A stretch of DNA of 64,000 nt from assembly GCF_025526975.1 (NCBI RefSeq), contig NW_026515687.1, positions 186,001 through 250,000 on the forward strand. The letters are read 5' to 3'. The position numbers and the translations under genes are program-made. The stretch comes from Fimicolochytrium jonesii (lineage: Eukaryota). The first letter of the stretch is position 1. Every line of letters starts with the position of its first letter. The notes beneath the pieces are model-generated. The model ran no database searches. It had not been told where the DNA came from and saw nothing but the letters and a program-made list of their open reading frames with translations. Below, in pieces: positions 47,920 to 58,985 of the stretch.

Positions 47920-49302
47920 TGTACTTTCGCTTTGGGTGTAAGGCGGTGGGGAATTTACGATAGCGCGTGTGTGGGGTTACGAACAACCGCTTCTGTTCAA
48001 CGATTTCAAGGCGGGTCAGCGTCGCAACCAATACAGGGTTCGAGAAGCAGGCAGGAAGTGGACGAGAGAGCAGCCATTGCGAGAACCAATGGTTTTGTGA
48101 AGACAGCAATGCTCCGCCACCTGCTGCTGCTCCGCCTTCTTTTTTGCCTATTTTTTGTCGCGTAGATCAGGGCTCAGCTGGCGACGACCAGGTTAGATTG
48201 CAGATACCGATATATACGGGTTATTTAGATCAGGGGGTGAATTACTTTAGAAACTTGAGGTCAACATGAACTCATCATGGGGGGATGGTAGACGCGTGGG
48301 GTGGGGGAGATGGGGAGAGATCATCATCGGAGCTATCTTGTTTGACGGGAACCGACACTTTCTCTTCTTGCCTCCGGTCGAAAACTCAATAGAACTGTAA
48401 GTGACGATAACTTTCAACGATTCAGGGAGTCGACCATCTACGGTCTTCCAAGAGGCTCCCCCCGCACCTTATCAACCTTAGCACATGTCTTAGATGGCCA
48501 GGAATGCATCAGATCGAAATCGAGGCATCATGCGGGTCCGACACAACGGTGATGCCAACCGACGCATGTTCACAATACGGAGCCAGAGTTGAAGGGGCAT
48601 GATCCGCTCGAAGTAAGTTGCGACGGCAGACGGTTCGTAGCAATCATGCTATTATCGGAGCCTCACCTCCGTGCCCAATCCCGTCGAACTCCGACATGAT
48701 CCCCTCTATTATCTATATTCCGTGGAAGCGTAACCCAAAGCCGAACAAAGATTTCTCTAACCCCCGCCGACATCCGTTCCCCTCCGTTGCGCGAGACCTC
48801 CGATGAAAATAAAGTGTGTAGGAGGCTGCTGTTTTAGGGCATGACAACCTCTGAATCCGTGTAGGAGGAATGATGTGCTGCAAGTCTACCAAATCGGAAT
48901 GCTTCAAGATCGAGTATTCGACCATGCGGCTTTCCTTTTCTCACTTGCAAACTCCGGAAAACGTATATGCGGGAGCCTTCCGTACCATGTGTGGCGAATG
49001 TATGTATTGGGACGGACGATAGGTGGCAGGACGGAAAGCCCCGGAAAACACTCCAACTCGGAGTGCGGACCAACAGGTAGTTTTCGTCATGGAAGTCTGT
49101 CCGTCACATCTAACAAACAACAAGGCTTAGCACGGCCATACGGAAGGCCTGTTTATAGAATAGCGTAGATATCTTTCGGGCAAAAAAAAACATTTAAATT
49201 ACTCGTCTCGCCTATGCAAACACTATATACTGTACTACCACTGCAGGGAGAAGGGAGATACCTACAGCCCTAATCAACTATCCCAGACCCTTCCTACAAC
49301 AC

Positions 49303-52155
49303 CTACTTCCCAACCGCCTTCCTCCGTCTCTTCGCCGCGCCCTTATCCCCCGCCCCAACAGCCATAATCCTCCCCACCCCGCCATCCCCAAACTCACTCG
49401 CACTCGCCCTCAACAAAACCTCATTCCGCTTCTTATACATCGCACTCCCGGGCTTCTCCCTCCTCTTCATCTCCTCCCTCTCCATCTTCTTCTCCTTCGC
49501 CCTCCTCGCGTTCTCCACATCCGCGACATCCAGCGGCTTATCCCGCAGCGCGAACGCCTTCGCAATGTGGCCCAGATGCAGGTTCTTGATGTGGAAAAAC
49601 GCACGCTCGGCGGGTGTATGCGTCGCATAGGCGCGGAGATGCGACGTGTATGCCGACTGCGCCAGGGTGAGGGTGTCCGGGTGCGCGAGGGTGAACCGCT
49701 CGTACATCATGTGCAGGTTCGTCGCGGGGAGCTCGTACGGTCGGCGGCCCTTTGCGTTGTTCGCGCGGAGGGGTTTGAGGGGGTCGTGCGTGTCGATGAG
49801 GTACGCGAGGGCGGCGGCGATGTCGGCTTGCGATAGGTGGATGTTCTTGGTGGCGAGGTAGGGCGCGTATTCGGATTCGGAGGGGAGGAGGAAGAGCATG
49901 GCGTGGCCCTGTCGGCCCAGTCGGGCTGTTCTGCCGACTCGGTGGACGTAGTCGTTGACGTCTGCGGGGGGGTCGTACTGGATGACGGCGGCGACGTCGG
50001 GCATGTCGAGACCGCGGGCGGCGACGTCTGTGCAGAAGAGGACCGCGTGGGTTGGGGTGGTGGTGAAGGCGGTGTAGGCGGCTGTGCGGGCGGATTGAGG
50101 GAGGGAGCCGTGGAGTTTGTAGATGTGGGTTGGGGAGGGGAGGAGGGGGGTTGGGGACGGGTTGGTGGTTTGGAGGAGGGTGGGTGGGGGTGGGGCGAGG
50201 CTGGGGTCGGAGAAGCGGGGTTTGAAGCGGGGTTTTTGGAAAGGCTTGGCGTCGTTATTATAGTCCTCGCCGTCCCCCCGTTCGTCGCCTTCACCCTCTT
50301 CTTCCTCTTCCTCTTCCGCTTCAGCATCCTGCTCAGCCTCCCTTCTCCGCATCTCCTCATCCGACGGCGCCTTATGCCCATTCGCCAGGATATGGTAATG
50401 AAAATCCACCGAATCGGTGCTAGACACAAACATCATAATCTTGCACGGTTTTCTGTCCCCCCTCACCAACGCATTCGACTCCCACGTCCTGATGATCTGC
50501 CTGCACACGCCGACTAATGTGACCAGTCGCAGCTTCGCGGGGACGATCAGGTACTGCTGTTTGAGCTGCTTCGGGACAGTGATGTCCGCGCCCTCGTCCG
50601 CGCCGTCCATGTCCATATCATCCGCGTCGACATCCCCCTCGGCCGATTTGTTGGTCTTGACCCCGCCCGCGGCTTCGCGCTCCTCCTTCAACCGTTTACT
50701 CTTCTCCCGCCTTGTTTCCGCTTTGACGAATTCCGGGTCGGTCAATGCTTCCTCGGCCAGTTTCTGCACCCCGCCCTGGATAGTCGCCGAACAGAGAATC
50801 GTCTGTCGATTCGGCGGCCACGATTTAACCATCAACCGTTTCCTCATCCTTCCCGCAACCTCCTTCTTCTCCGCCAAAATCCGCAGAATATCCCTCAATG
50901 TCTCCTCAAAGCCCAACTCGAGTAGTCGGTCAGCCTCGTCGAGCACGAGCCAGCGGAGGTTGCCGACCTCGAACGCTTTGGTGGTTTTGAGATGGTCGAG
51001 GAGGCGGCCGGGCGTGGAGACGAGGATGGTGACGCCGCGGCGGAGACGGGCTTTTTCGGATTTCTTTTTTTCGCCGCCCATGACGTTGCCGGCGACGATC
51101 CAGTGGCGGTGCGTAGTGCGGGGGGTGTCGGGTGTTGGGCCGGTGGGTGTGGGCGGTTTCGCTTTTATTGGTGACACTCGCTTTTCCTTTTTCTGGCCAT
51201 CTTCACCATCATCTTCCTCGTCGTCGTCATCGTCATCTTCATCCTCATCATCGCCGTATACAGCCGCCGCCCCATGCGCCGAATACTTCAACAACGAATT
51301 AAGCACATTCTCAATCTGCTTCGCCAACTCGCGCGTCGGCGCCAACACGATCGCCAACGTGCCCAGATCCCGCTTCAGCATCTCCTGCGCGCTATCCCCA
51401 AACTCCTTCTCCGCCATCAGCATTCTGTGCAGGATGGGCAGCAGGAAGGCTAGCGTTTTCCCGGATCCCGTCTGGGCTTGGAGGACGTGGTCTTTGTCTC
51501 TGTTGCGGAGGAGGGATGGGAGCGCGGCGCGTTGGATGAGAGTGGGGGCTTTGAAGTTGAGCTTGGTTGCCAGGTGGGCGCACATCACGGGGTCGAGCCC
51601 TAGACCGGGGAAGGAGGTCGTGTCGAAGATTTTTGGGGGTTGTTGTTGTTGTGGTTCTGGTGTTGGCTCTTCGACTTTCGGTTCCTGTGTCTTTTCTGCC
51701 GGTGCGGCTGACACTTCCGCCTCGGGGTTCATTGTGAAAATCGACGAAATGATCTGTTTTGTTCCGGGTAGTGGTTGCTTCGGCCGCGCATAGGTCTGCG
51801 CTCCCGTTCCATTCTGTCCCGCCGCCGCGCTCGTCCCGTTGTTCGCCCGTTTGGAAGAAGTATGATCATGGTCCTCCTCCTCACCCTCCGGCCGCTTCCG
51901 TTTCTCCCCTGCTCCCTCTCCTTCTCCGACTGCACCAAATTGTTTCCTTAGAGTTTCTGCTGTTTCAGCGCGTTCCTGCTTCTTGACTCTCTGAATGACC
52001 TTTTTGGCTTCGAGGCGCTTAGCTCTCCAGCCGCCTCGCTTGTTGACGAGCGAGGCTGCGACGTCGTTTACTCTTAAGGAAGTCTTCTTTTTCGCCACGA
52101 CGGGAGTAGAGTCGTCGGCCGTGGCGAAGTTTAGCATTAAGCCGTCGTCGTCCAT
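49303..52155 (-). CDS. DBP7: DEAD-box RNA helicase Dbp7/DDX31, intronless
   Basis: MDDDGLMLNF start, AQTGSGKT, PTRELA, GGEKKKSEKARLRRG, DEADRLLELGFE, SAT, HRVGRTAR, LHLGHIAKAFALRD. Confidence 0.95.
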   Translation of the reverse strand: MDDDGLMLNFATADDSTPVVAKKKTSLRVNDVAASLVNKRGGWRAKRLEAKKVIQRVKKQERAETAETLRKQFGAVGEGEGAGEKRKRPEGEEEDHDHTSSKRANNGTSAAAGQNGTGAQTYARPKQPLPGTKQIISSIFTMNPEAEVSAAPAEKTQEPKVEEPTPEPQQQQPPKIFDTTSFPGLGLDPVMCAHLATKLNFKAPTLIQRAALPSLLRNRDKDHVLQAQTGSGKTLAFLLPILHRMLMAEKEFGDSAQEMLKRDLGTLAIVLAPTRELAKQIENVLNSLLKYSAHGAAAVYGDDEDEDDDDDDEEDDGEDGQKKEKRVSPIKAKPPTPTGPTPDTPRTTHRHWIVAGNVMGGEKKKSEKARLRRGVTILVSTPGRLLDHLKTTKAFEVGNLRWLVLDEADRLLELGFEETLRDILRILAEKKEVAGRMRKRLMVKSWPPNRQTILCSATIQGGVQKLAEEALTDPEFVKAETRREKSKRLKEEREAAGGVKTNKSAEGDVDADDMDMDGADEGADITVPKQLKQQYLIVPAKLRLVTLVGVCRQIIRTWESNALVRGDRKPCKIMMFVSSTDSVDFHYHILANGHKAPSDEEMRRREAEQDAEAEEEEEEEGEGDERGDGEDYNNDAKPFQKPRFKPRFSDPSLAPPPPTLLQTTNPSPTPLLPSPTHIYKLHGSLPQSARTAAYTAFTTTPTHAVLFCTDVAARGLDMPDVAAVIQYDPPADVNDYVHRVGRTARLGRQGHAMLFLLPSESEYAPYLATKNIHLSQADIAAALAYLIDTHDPLKPLRANNAKGRRPYELPATNLHMMYERFTLAHPDTLTLAQSAYTSHLRAYATHTPAERAFFHIKNLHLGHIAKAFALRDKPLDVADVENARRAKEKKMEREEMKRREKPGSAMYKKRNEVLLRASASEFGDGGVGRIMAVGAGDKGAAKRRRKAVGK

Positions 52156-52874
52156 GGTGGGCGAGGATATATAACTGATAGTTGAGGAACTTCGTATGAG
52201 ACCGGGTACGTATATCGAGGAGTGGCAGCACAGCAGCACGGGTATATATATATGGCGCTCCTCTTCTCGTGTATTTATGGGGTCTTCCAGCGGCGGTTTC
52301 TTGCAGGGTTCAGCACAGGTCTCCAGTGAGAGATGCAAAAAGGTGGGAGAGTGCGTGAAGGAACACGCCTTGTATGAATCGCACGTGACTGAGCATGGGG
52401 CGATGCAATTAATTGCCCCCCCCCCCGTCATTCCATCATCATCATCATCCTCAATTTGGCTTTTTGGCTCCCATTTGCCGCCGAGAACTCACTCACTCCC
52501 TTTGGCCGCTAGCTAACCCCTACCAGCGACGCAAACGAAACCCCCCCCCCCCCCCCCTCCCCCATACCCATACCCACAACACCATCGGCTTCCCCACCGC
52601 ACATCCGTCGCTTAGGCGCTTGCTTGGACCGCCTTTCAAACTGCCTCACTCGTGCGGTTGTCACTTTAGCAACCTCGCGAACGTGGAGAGCGCTGGCTGT
52701 CAAGTCTGCAGGCTTTGAGCTTCGCCAAACATCCAACCCCTCGTACGCGATCTGGAACTTACATCCCGTGGATTCCGGCTTCCGCTAGTCAATATTCGAC
52801 GGCACTCGTCCTCGTGTACTTAGTCTTCTTTTGGGGCAAGATTTGCTAGCTGCGGGCAGGCTAGCAAGACACTC

Positions 52875-55800
52875 ATGTCGTCGCCTCATACCCCTGGTGG
52901 AAGTGGGAGGCAAGGGAACAACAGTCCAGAAGTAGGGGCGGGAGACGGGCCGCCACAATATAGAGTAGCTTTCCCACAACCTATGGCATATCAAGAATCC
53001 GCGAGCAGCGCTCACGTCGGTCGGAGATCTTACACCCACAACGGCTATGCTGGCTCATCGCCACAACCGCCTTCTCGGAGTTTCCCAGCATTCCCGACTA
53101 TGCCGATGGAGGATCCGCTAGAACCTTCGTCCTCCAATGATCCACACGCAAGTAACGACGTCGGCAGTTGTCTGCATCTCTTACTCAGCTTAGCCGATGA
53201 GCTGGCACGGTTCCGGATCGAGGATATCCGGAATGCTGCCTTGACCCATGACGAGCCCGATGGCGTTCTGCGGACCGTCAGGATGGTTTCCGTGTTCTGC
53301 AGCGAGATCGAAACCGCGCTGCAAAACCGCACCGGGAGAGTCAACACATTGAAGGGGAAAGGCAAAGCACCAGCTGTCCTCTCCACACCTCCACTCTTTT
53401 CTGAGCGGCTGACACCGACACCGCACTCGGCTGGCTCAACAGATTATTATCCTGCAAACGAGCATTACCATGCAGCTGAAAGGCCGGTGGACGCGACGTT
53501 CGGGCACGATCCCATTGAACCTGCGCCAGTCGCAGGCAGCAGCGACGCTGCTTCCGCGCAAGATACAAATGTGTATACGTGCTACCATGAGGTAGTAGCT
53601 GACCCTTCAGACGAATTGGCAATCAACATCAAACTCATGGATCGCGTGAAGCTGGACATCGAGATGGACGATGGTCTTACCGGAATAGGGACGAACCTGA
53701 ACACCGGGGCGATGGGGTCTTTCCCTTTGAGTTGCATAGTCGTGCCAGACGACGTCGATACCGGACCATTACCTAGGCGTGGACCATCGCTCGGCTCTGT
53801 CAGAGGGTCTGGTACAGCAACCAGCAGCCCTGCACCGACTAGGAACTCGTCCATAACAGGGCACTCTGCCCCTTTCATACCAAACGTCAACCTCGCCGCC
53901 GCTCACGCACCCTCGCTTCCCGAGCCGGTTCTCGCGACGCCTGTCAATGATGTTACCGCATCTCCTGTTCTGGGACCCTCCTCGCACGCTATGCACCTCA
54001 GCACGGCTGACGGCCTCCCTCGCACAGGGAGCGTGAAAAGCCTATCTTCGTTCCATTCCGATGGATCTGGCCGCCCCATGTCAGGTCATCTCGGCGGATC
54101 ACCTTGGGGTGCCGCTACCGGCCCCGAAGAGTATCCAGCCGTCGGAAACCAACAACCTCTCCCCGTCCGCGCAGCCTCCATCCAAAGCAGCAGCTCTGCC
54201 ACCAGCAAAGCCGACGTCCCGCCCACATCACACACTCCATCACACACAGCAGTCGACGCCACCGGATTCGCCGACCCCAAATCCCGCCTCATCAACCCAT
54301 ACGCCAACCTCCAAGAGCACTCCCAACCACCCCCTCTCTCCGCTCAAGTCATCGAAAAGCGAAAATTCGCCCGCCAAGTTGTCACGGAGCTCTACGAAAC
54401 CGAAAAAAACTTCCGCGATGGCATGCAGATCCTCATCGACCAGTTCATGGTCCCCCTCGCCCAATGCATCTTCACCTCCACCACCACCTCCCCGGACTCC
54501 GAGAATGCCGTCATCACCAAGATGGAACATTCCATGCTGTTCCGCAATATCCCCGGGTTGAGAAATCTGAGTAAGAAGATTTGTGGGTTGCTGAAGGATG
54601 CGCTGGATAGAGCGGAGAGTGACCAGGAAGGACCGACGGGTGGCGGGGCTGTGACGGCGGTTGTAGATGTTTTCTTGTCGAATGTGGAGTTTGAGGAGTG
54701 GTCGACTTATGTGAGGTATATGGAGGGGTATGCGCATGCGAAGCAGACCTTGACGACTATGAAGAAACGGGTTGCTTTTACGACTATGTTGGAGGTAGGG
54801 TATTTGGTTTACACCTCGAATTTGGCGTTGAGAGAGTTTACGCTGAACATTTTGTTATTGTGGGGAATGTAGAGATGTGAGAGCGCTAAGGAATGCAACC
54901 GCTACACATTCGACCACTACATGATCCTCCCCGTCCAGCGGATCGGGCGGTACCACCTCCTCCTCGGCCGGTTAAAGAAAGTCACAGACGAAGAAGATCC
55001 CGTCCATCAAGCGTACGTTGTCTGTCTTTTCCCACCACTTCCTTTTTTCATGGAAATGTAATCCTGGAGGCTGATCTGCGAGTTGTTGTTTGTTTGTAGG
55101 ATCGAAACGGCGGAACAGTACATGAAGCAGATCGGCGACGTGCTGGAGAGCGTGCAGAAACAGGAGGAGGAATTGAGGAGGGTGTTTAGCGTGTTTCAGG
55201 AGATTAAGGGGTGTCCCGTACGTACCCCTGGCATTCGTCGTCCAACCCCGCAATTCCGTTTTCCATATTCTTACGTCTAACCGTTATCTTTCATCCCGCT
55301 CGCTAACGCTCGCCAGCCGGACATCATCTCAGCCTCCCGCCGCCGCCTCCTCTCCAACTTCGAAGTCGACGAGCTCTTCTCGGGTCTCACGCTCCAAATG
55401 CACGTCTTCAGCGACTGTCTCCTCCTCTCCATCGACCCACGGTCGGCTTCCATCTCAGCTTCCATATCCGCCCTGTCCTCGCACGCGAGTTCGTCGGGCA
55501 CCAGTGTAGGTGTTCGAAGGGCGAGTACCGCCATCTCGCACATGTACAACACCGGTCATGGATGGATGGGGAATGCGAATGCCAGTAGTCCGGCGCTGTC
55601 TAACACTACGTCGGCTGCGTCCTCTGCGTCGGCCCTGTTGCCGAATGGGACACCCGCTCAGCATAGACAGCGGGGGAGTGGGAGAGGTCAGACGAACGGC
55701 CTGTTGAGGATTGTCAGCGCATTTGCGGCCACTTCCGGTGTTGCCGGTGGGGGAAGTAGCAGCAAGAAACAACAGCAGCAGCCGAAACATACCCTCCAAT

Positions 55801-56480
55801 TCGTCATCCGCGTCACGTTGGGGGATCTGGAGGTTGAGAGTGTAGGAACACTGGACGATGAGCGGATCGCTTCGTTGTTGCCTAACGCGTCCAGGGCGTC
55901 GGAAAGATCGTCCTCCGCGGCAGACTCGACAACAGCAGGCCGCATCGTCGTCCTCCGCCATCTCCCAGGCGCCTCCAGCCGCGATAAACAGGTCAAGACG
56001 CCGGACAGCAGCAACGCACCACCCATCTCTCGCCACTCCTCCGCCCCAGAAACCGTGCACAACCACGTTTCATCGTCACATCCTTCCTATGACAACTACA
56101 CCAACACCAGCCGCCCGGCATCCATCCACGGGACCCTCCAACAATCCCCCTCCACGCCATCCCCCCACCACAACAACACGCATACGAGTCTCCCACCACC
56201 CATCACAACAACCCGCCCCCAGCACCCGCAAACCTCCACCCACCCGGGCGTCGACCGCTCGGCGTCGGGATACTTCACCGAGGCGGATCGATCAAGCAGT
56301 CTGGCGAGCCCGAGACCCATGTCGGGTGTCGATGGGGACGACCATCATGCAGCGTATGCGGGTGGGCAAGCCGACGCGGAGGAGCAGGAGATGTATGCGT
56401 TCAGAGCTCGGAACTCGAAACGCATGGCGGGCCTGTTGGCTGCACTCGGGTTGGCCGGCGTGGGGGTGATGAAGCCGTGA
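52875..56480 (+). CDS. RhoGEF (DH + split PH) with upstream SH3-like domain, 4 exons
   Basis: VVTELYETEKNF, LFRNI, DHYMILPVQRIGRYHLLL, MHVFSDCLLL. SH3-like DELAI...DDG...GTNLNTGAMGSFP. Introns about 54795-54872, 55013-55099 and 55218-55316. Confidence 0.85.
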
Positions 56481-58824
56481 GCCGATATTTCACCCCCACT
56501 CCCCCAGTCTTGTCCATGCATCGGGTGTTTGAACATGGTATAGTGGCAGGATGGGATGGGGCCACCCCGTTTCGCGGCCCCTGGACACCCCCCCCATTGC
56601 AATATATTACACGAACACACATATGCACCGGTTTGGCCGTTCGGGGCCCCCTTCCAAACCCTCAGTTTGGGGAGTTTTGTTTTTAGGAGCATTGATTTGC
56701 GGGGTGTTTTTTGCTTTCGTTGGAATGTACTGTACATACAGGAGAGGGAAAACCCCACATTCCTGGAAAGACAAGTTGGGGCGACCTGAGAGAGGTGGCT
56801 GGGACCCAATGATTCGTTGCACTATCGGAAGTCGTACCCCATCTGCTATTGGTTTTTTTTTCCGCGCCTTGTTAGCTACATCAAGCACCACATTCCTCCC
56901 GTCTCCGTCCGCAGCGCAACGGGCTTTCCGAGATTTGGCTCCTGCTCAGCGGGAATCTGGTGTTGGGGGCGAACCCCAAAGCTATTCTTTGTTTCTTCAA
57001 ACTGGTGTCGAGGAAATTCAGAAGTGAGGCGTATTCGGGAACCGCGGAATCACATCCCCATATTGGTTCGCGACAGAGAAGGCCACCTGGATATGTTCCC
57101 ACCCCCCAACGGATGCGGGACCTTGATGAGATGGCAGTGCACGTCCACGACCATTATATAGGTTCCCCCCTGCGCGTCGACGCATCTTGGGGAACACAAT
57201 ACCCCTTTGGGGGGGGAAACCCGCCGGATGTCCGTCAACGTCGTGTCCTCGAACCCGGTTGGGGCGGGTTTGCCCGGTGCAAGGTCCGGGGGGGCGGCGG
57301 AGGAAAGGTGGTGTCGTTTTGCTCGCTCGTTGTGGTTGAGTTGAGTTTTTTGCAGGTGGGACTCGTCTGAAACGTAGGGACGGTAGAAATTTCGGGCCGA
57401 AGGGGGGGGCGGGTTGCCGTTTGGCCGTTTGGACGCGCAGAAGGATTACAACTCGTGTGGTCCGTCGCTTGCGCCCTTGGGGACGGGTGCATCACTACTG
57501 GGCGCGCACCGGCATTGTGTGACGGCGTCGGGTAGACTCGGAACCCCCATTGGAATTGGAACCTCGCCCCTGAGGTCCACCCTGGCTAAGCCACTGACAG
57601 CTTTTTGACGACTTTTGGACTTAAAGAGGTTTTCGCAGACCCAAAGTTGCTGCACATGTTGAGCAGTATCTTGACAGCCAGACATGCTAGCAGAAAGATT
57701 GATTAGGCAGTTTGGTGAAGAAGGCACTGGTTCAGGGTTTGACACCTCTAACTGGCAAGTTTTACCCAAAAACGGCCAAGGAAAGACAGTTACTACTCAG
57801 ACTTTTGGGCCTCTGTGTTAAGTTTGTTGCAACAGCTACCCCCACAGACACTTAGAGGGGATTGGCCAAAGTAGGCAACTGGAGCCGTATGCAAATGGAA
57901 TAGGTTGTCCTGCATGTCTGTGGGATGGAATGGCTGCTCAAAAAAGAGGGTTTTGTGAGGAAACTGCTTTAATTTCCCTAATTGTGCCTTAAGGTAACGC
58001 GTAGAGCGTTTGGGTGGCGCAGCCAGGGTGGACCTGAGCCTCGCCCGTCAGTCGTCAGAGAGAGGAGGGGGCGAGAAGCAGGGAGAGCAACCGGAAGCCG
58101 AAGGGGGGCGGGGGGGGTGCAGGGGGGCGAACAAATCCACGGCCAGCGTCATGACCATCCATCCACCCATCTCCCAGTGTCTCCTGCAGATGGCTGCACA
58201 CCCACCCGCCCGTGTTGTGTGTCCCTGGCATACCGCATAGGAAAGACCTCTGGCGTGAAAGGCCCTACCCACACGCTGCACAAAAGTTCCCCAAACCATA
58301 TACACTACTACTGGAACCCAGCAACAACAACAACAAACAGGACAAAGAGAACTGATTTCACCTTCGTCCGTCTATCGCACTTTCGCTTTGTCCTCGGTCT
58401 CAACCCTTGTGAACAGTGCTCGCACGCACGCAATCTAGACTCACAAGCGTCGCACGCATACCCCGGCCGGAAGTGCGCAGAAAGTGAGACATTACGTCAA
58501 TTGCCGACCGCATACATAGAGCACGGTGAAGGCAAGCCCCATTGCACTTCTGCTCCGCATACTTGCAGCTTTGCACAGCATCGCCACGAAAAGCTTCCAC
58601 AATCGCCTTTCTCCGGCGTCAGATATAGGCACTTCCCACGGCACATTCGAGAGTTAGGCCCCATATAGGCGTCCGTGGGAAAATCCATTTCACACTTCGA
58701 CACTCGCTGCCCACTCGACCACGGCTCTCAGGGGCTTCAACTCGACACAGGCCGGGGCGTATACTGCTTCCCAGCGCGTAACTTTCACTCTACGAGCGAG
58801 GCATTCGTGCACGTTTGAGGTACC

Positions 58825-58943
58825 ATGGAGCTGCAAGATATTCCGGCCAACTACGGTGTAGTAAAGCACGAGCCGAGGCATTATGCAGACTACCTGATAC
58901 CCCCTGCCATGACGATGGGCATGCCCGACATCGCTCCTCCGCG

Positions 58944-58985
<42 letters not shown>

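Noticed and set aside
50417..51793. 458-aa + strand ORF
   Set aside because: Antisense shadow of DBP7.
52156..52431. N-terminal extension of DBP7 in the ORF track
   Set aside because: Non-ATG start. The conserved MDDDGLMLNF start is at 52155.
56500..58800. Short ORFs in the long intergenic region
   Set aside because: No codon bias, domain or consistent splice model.
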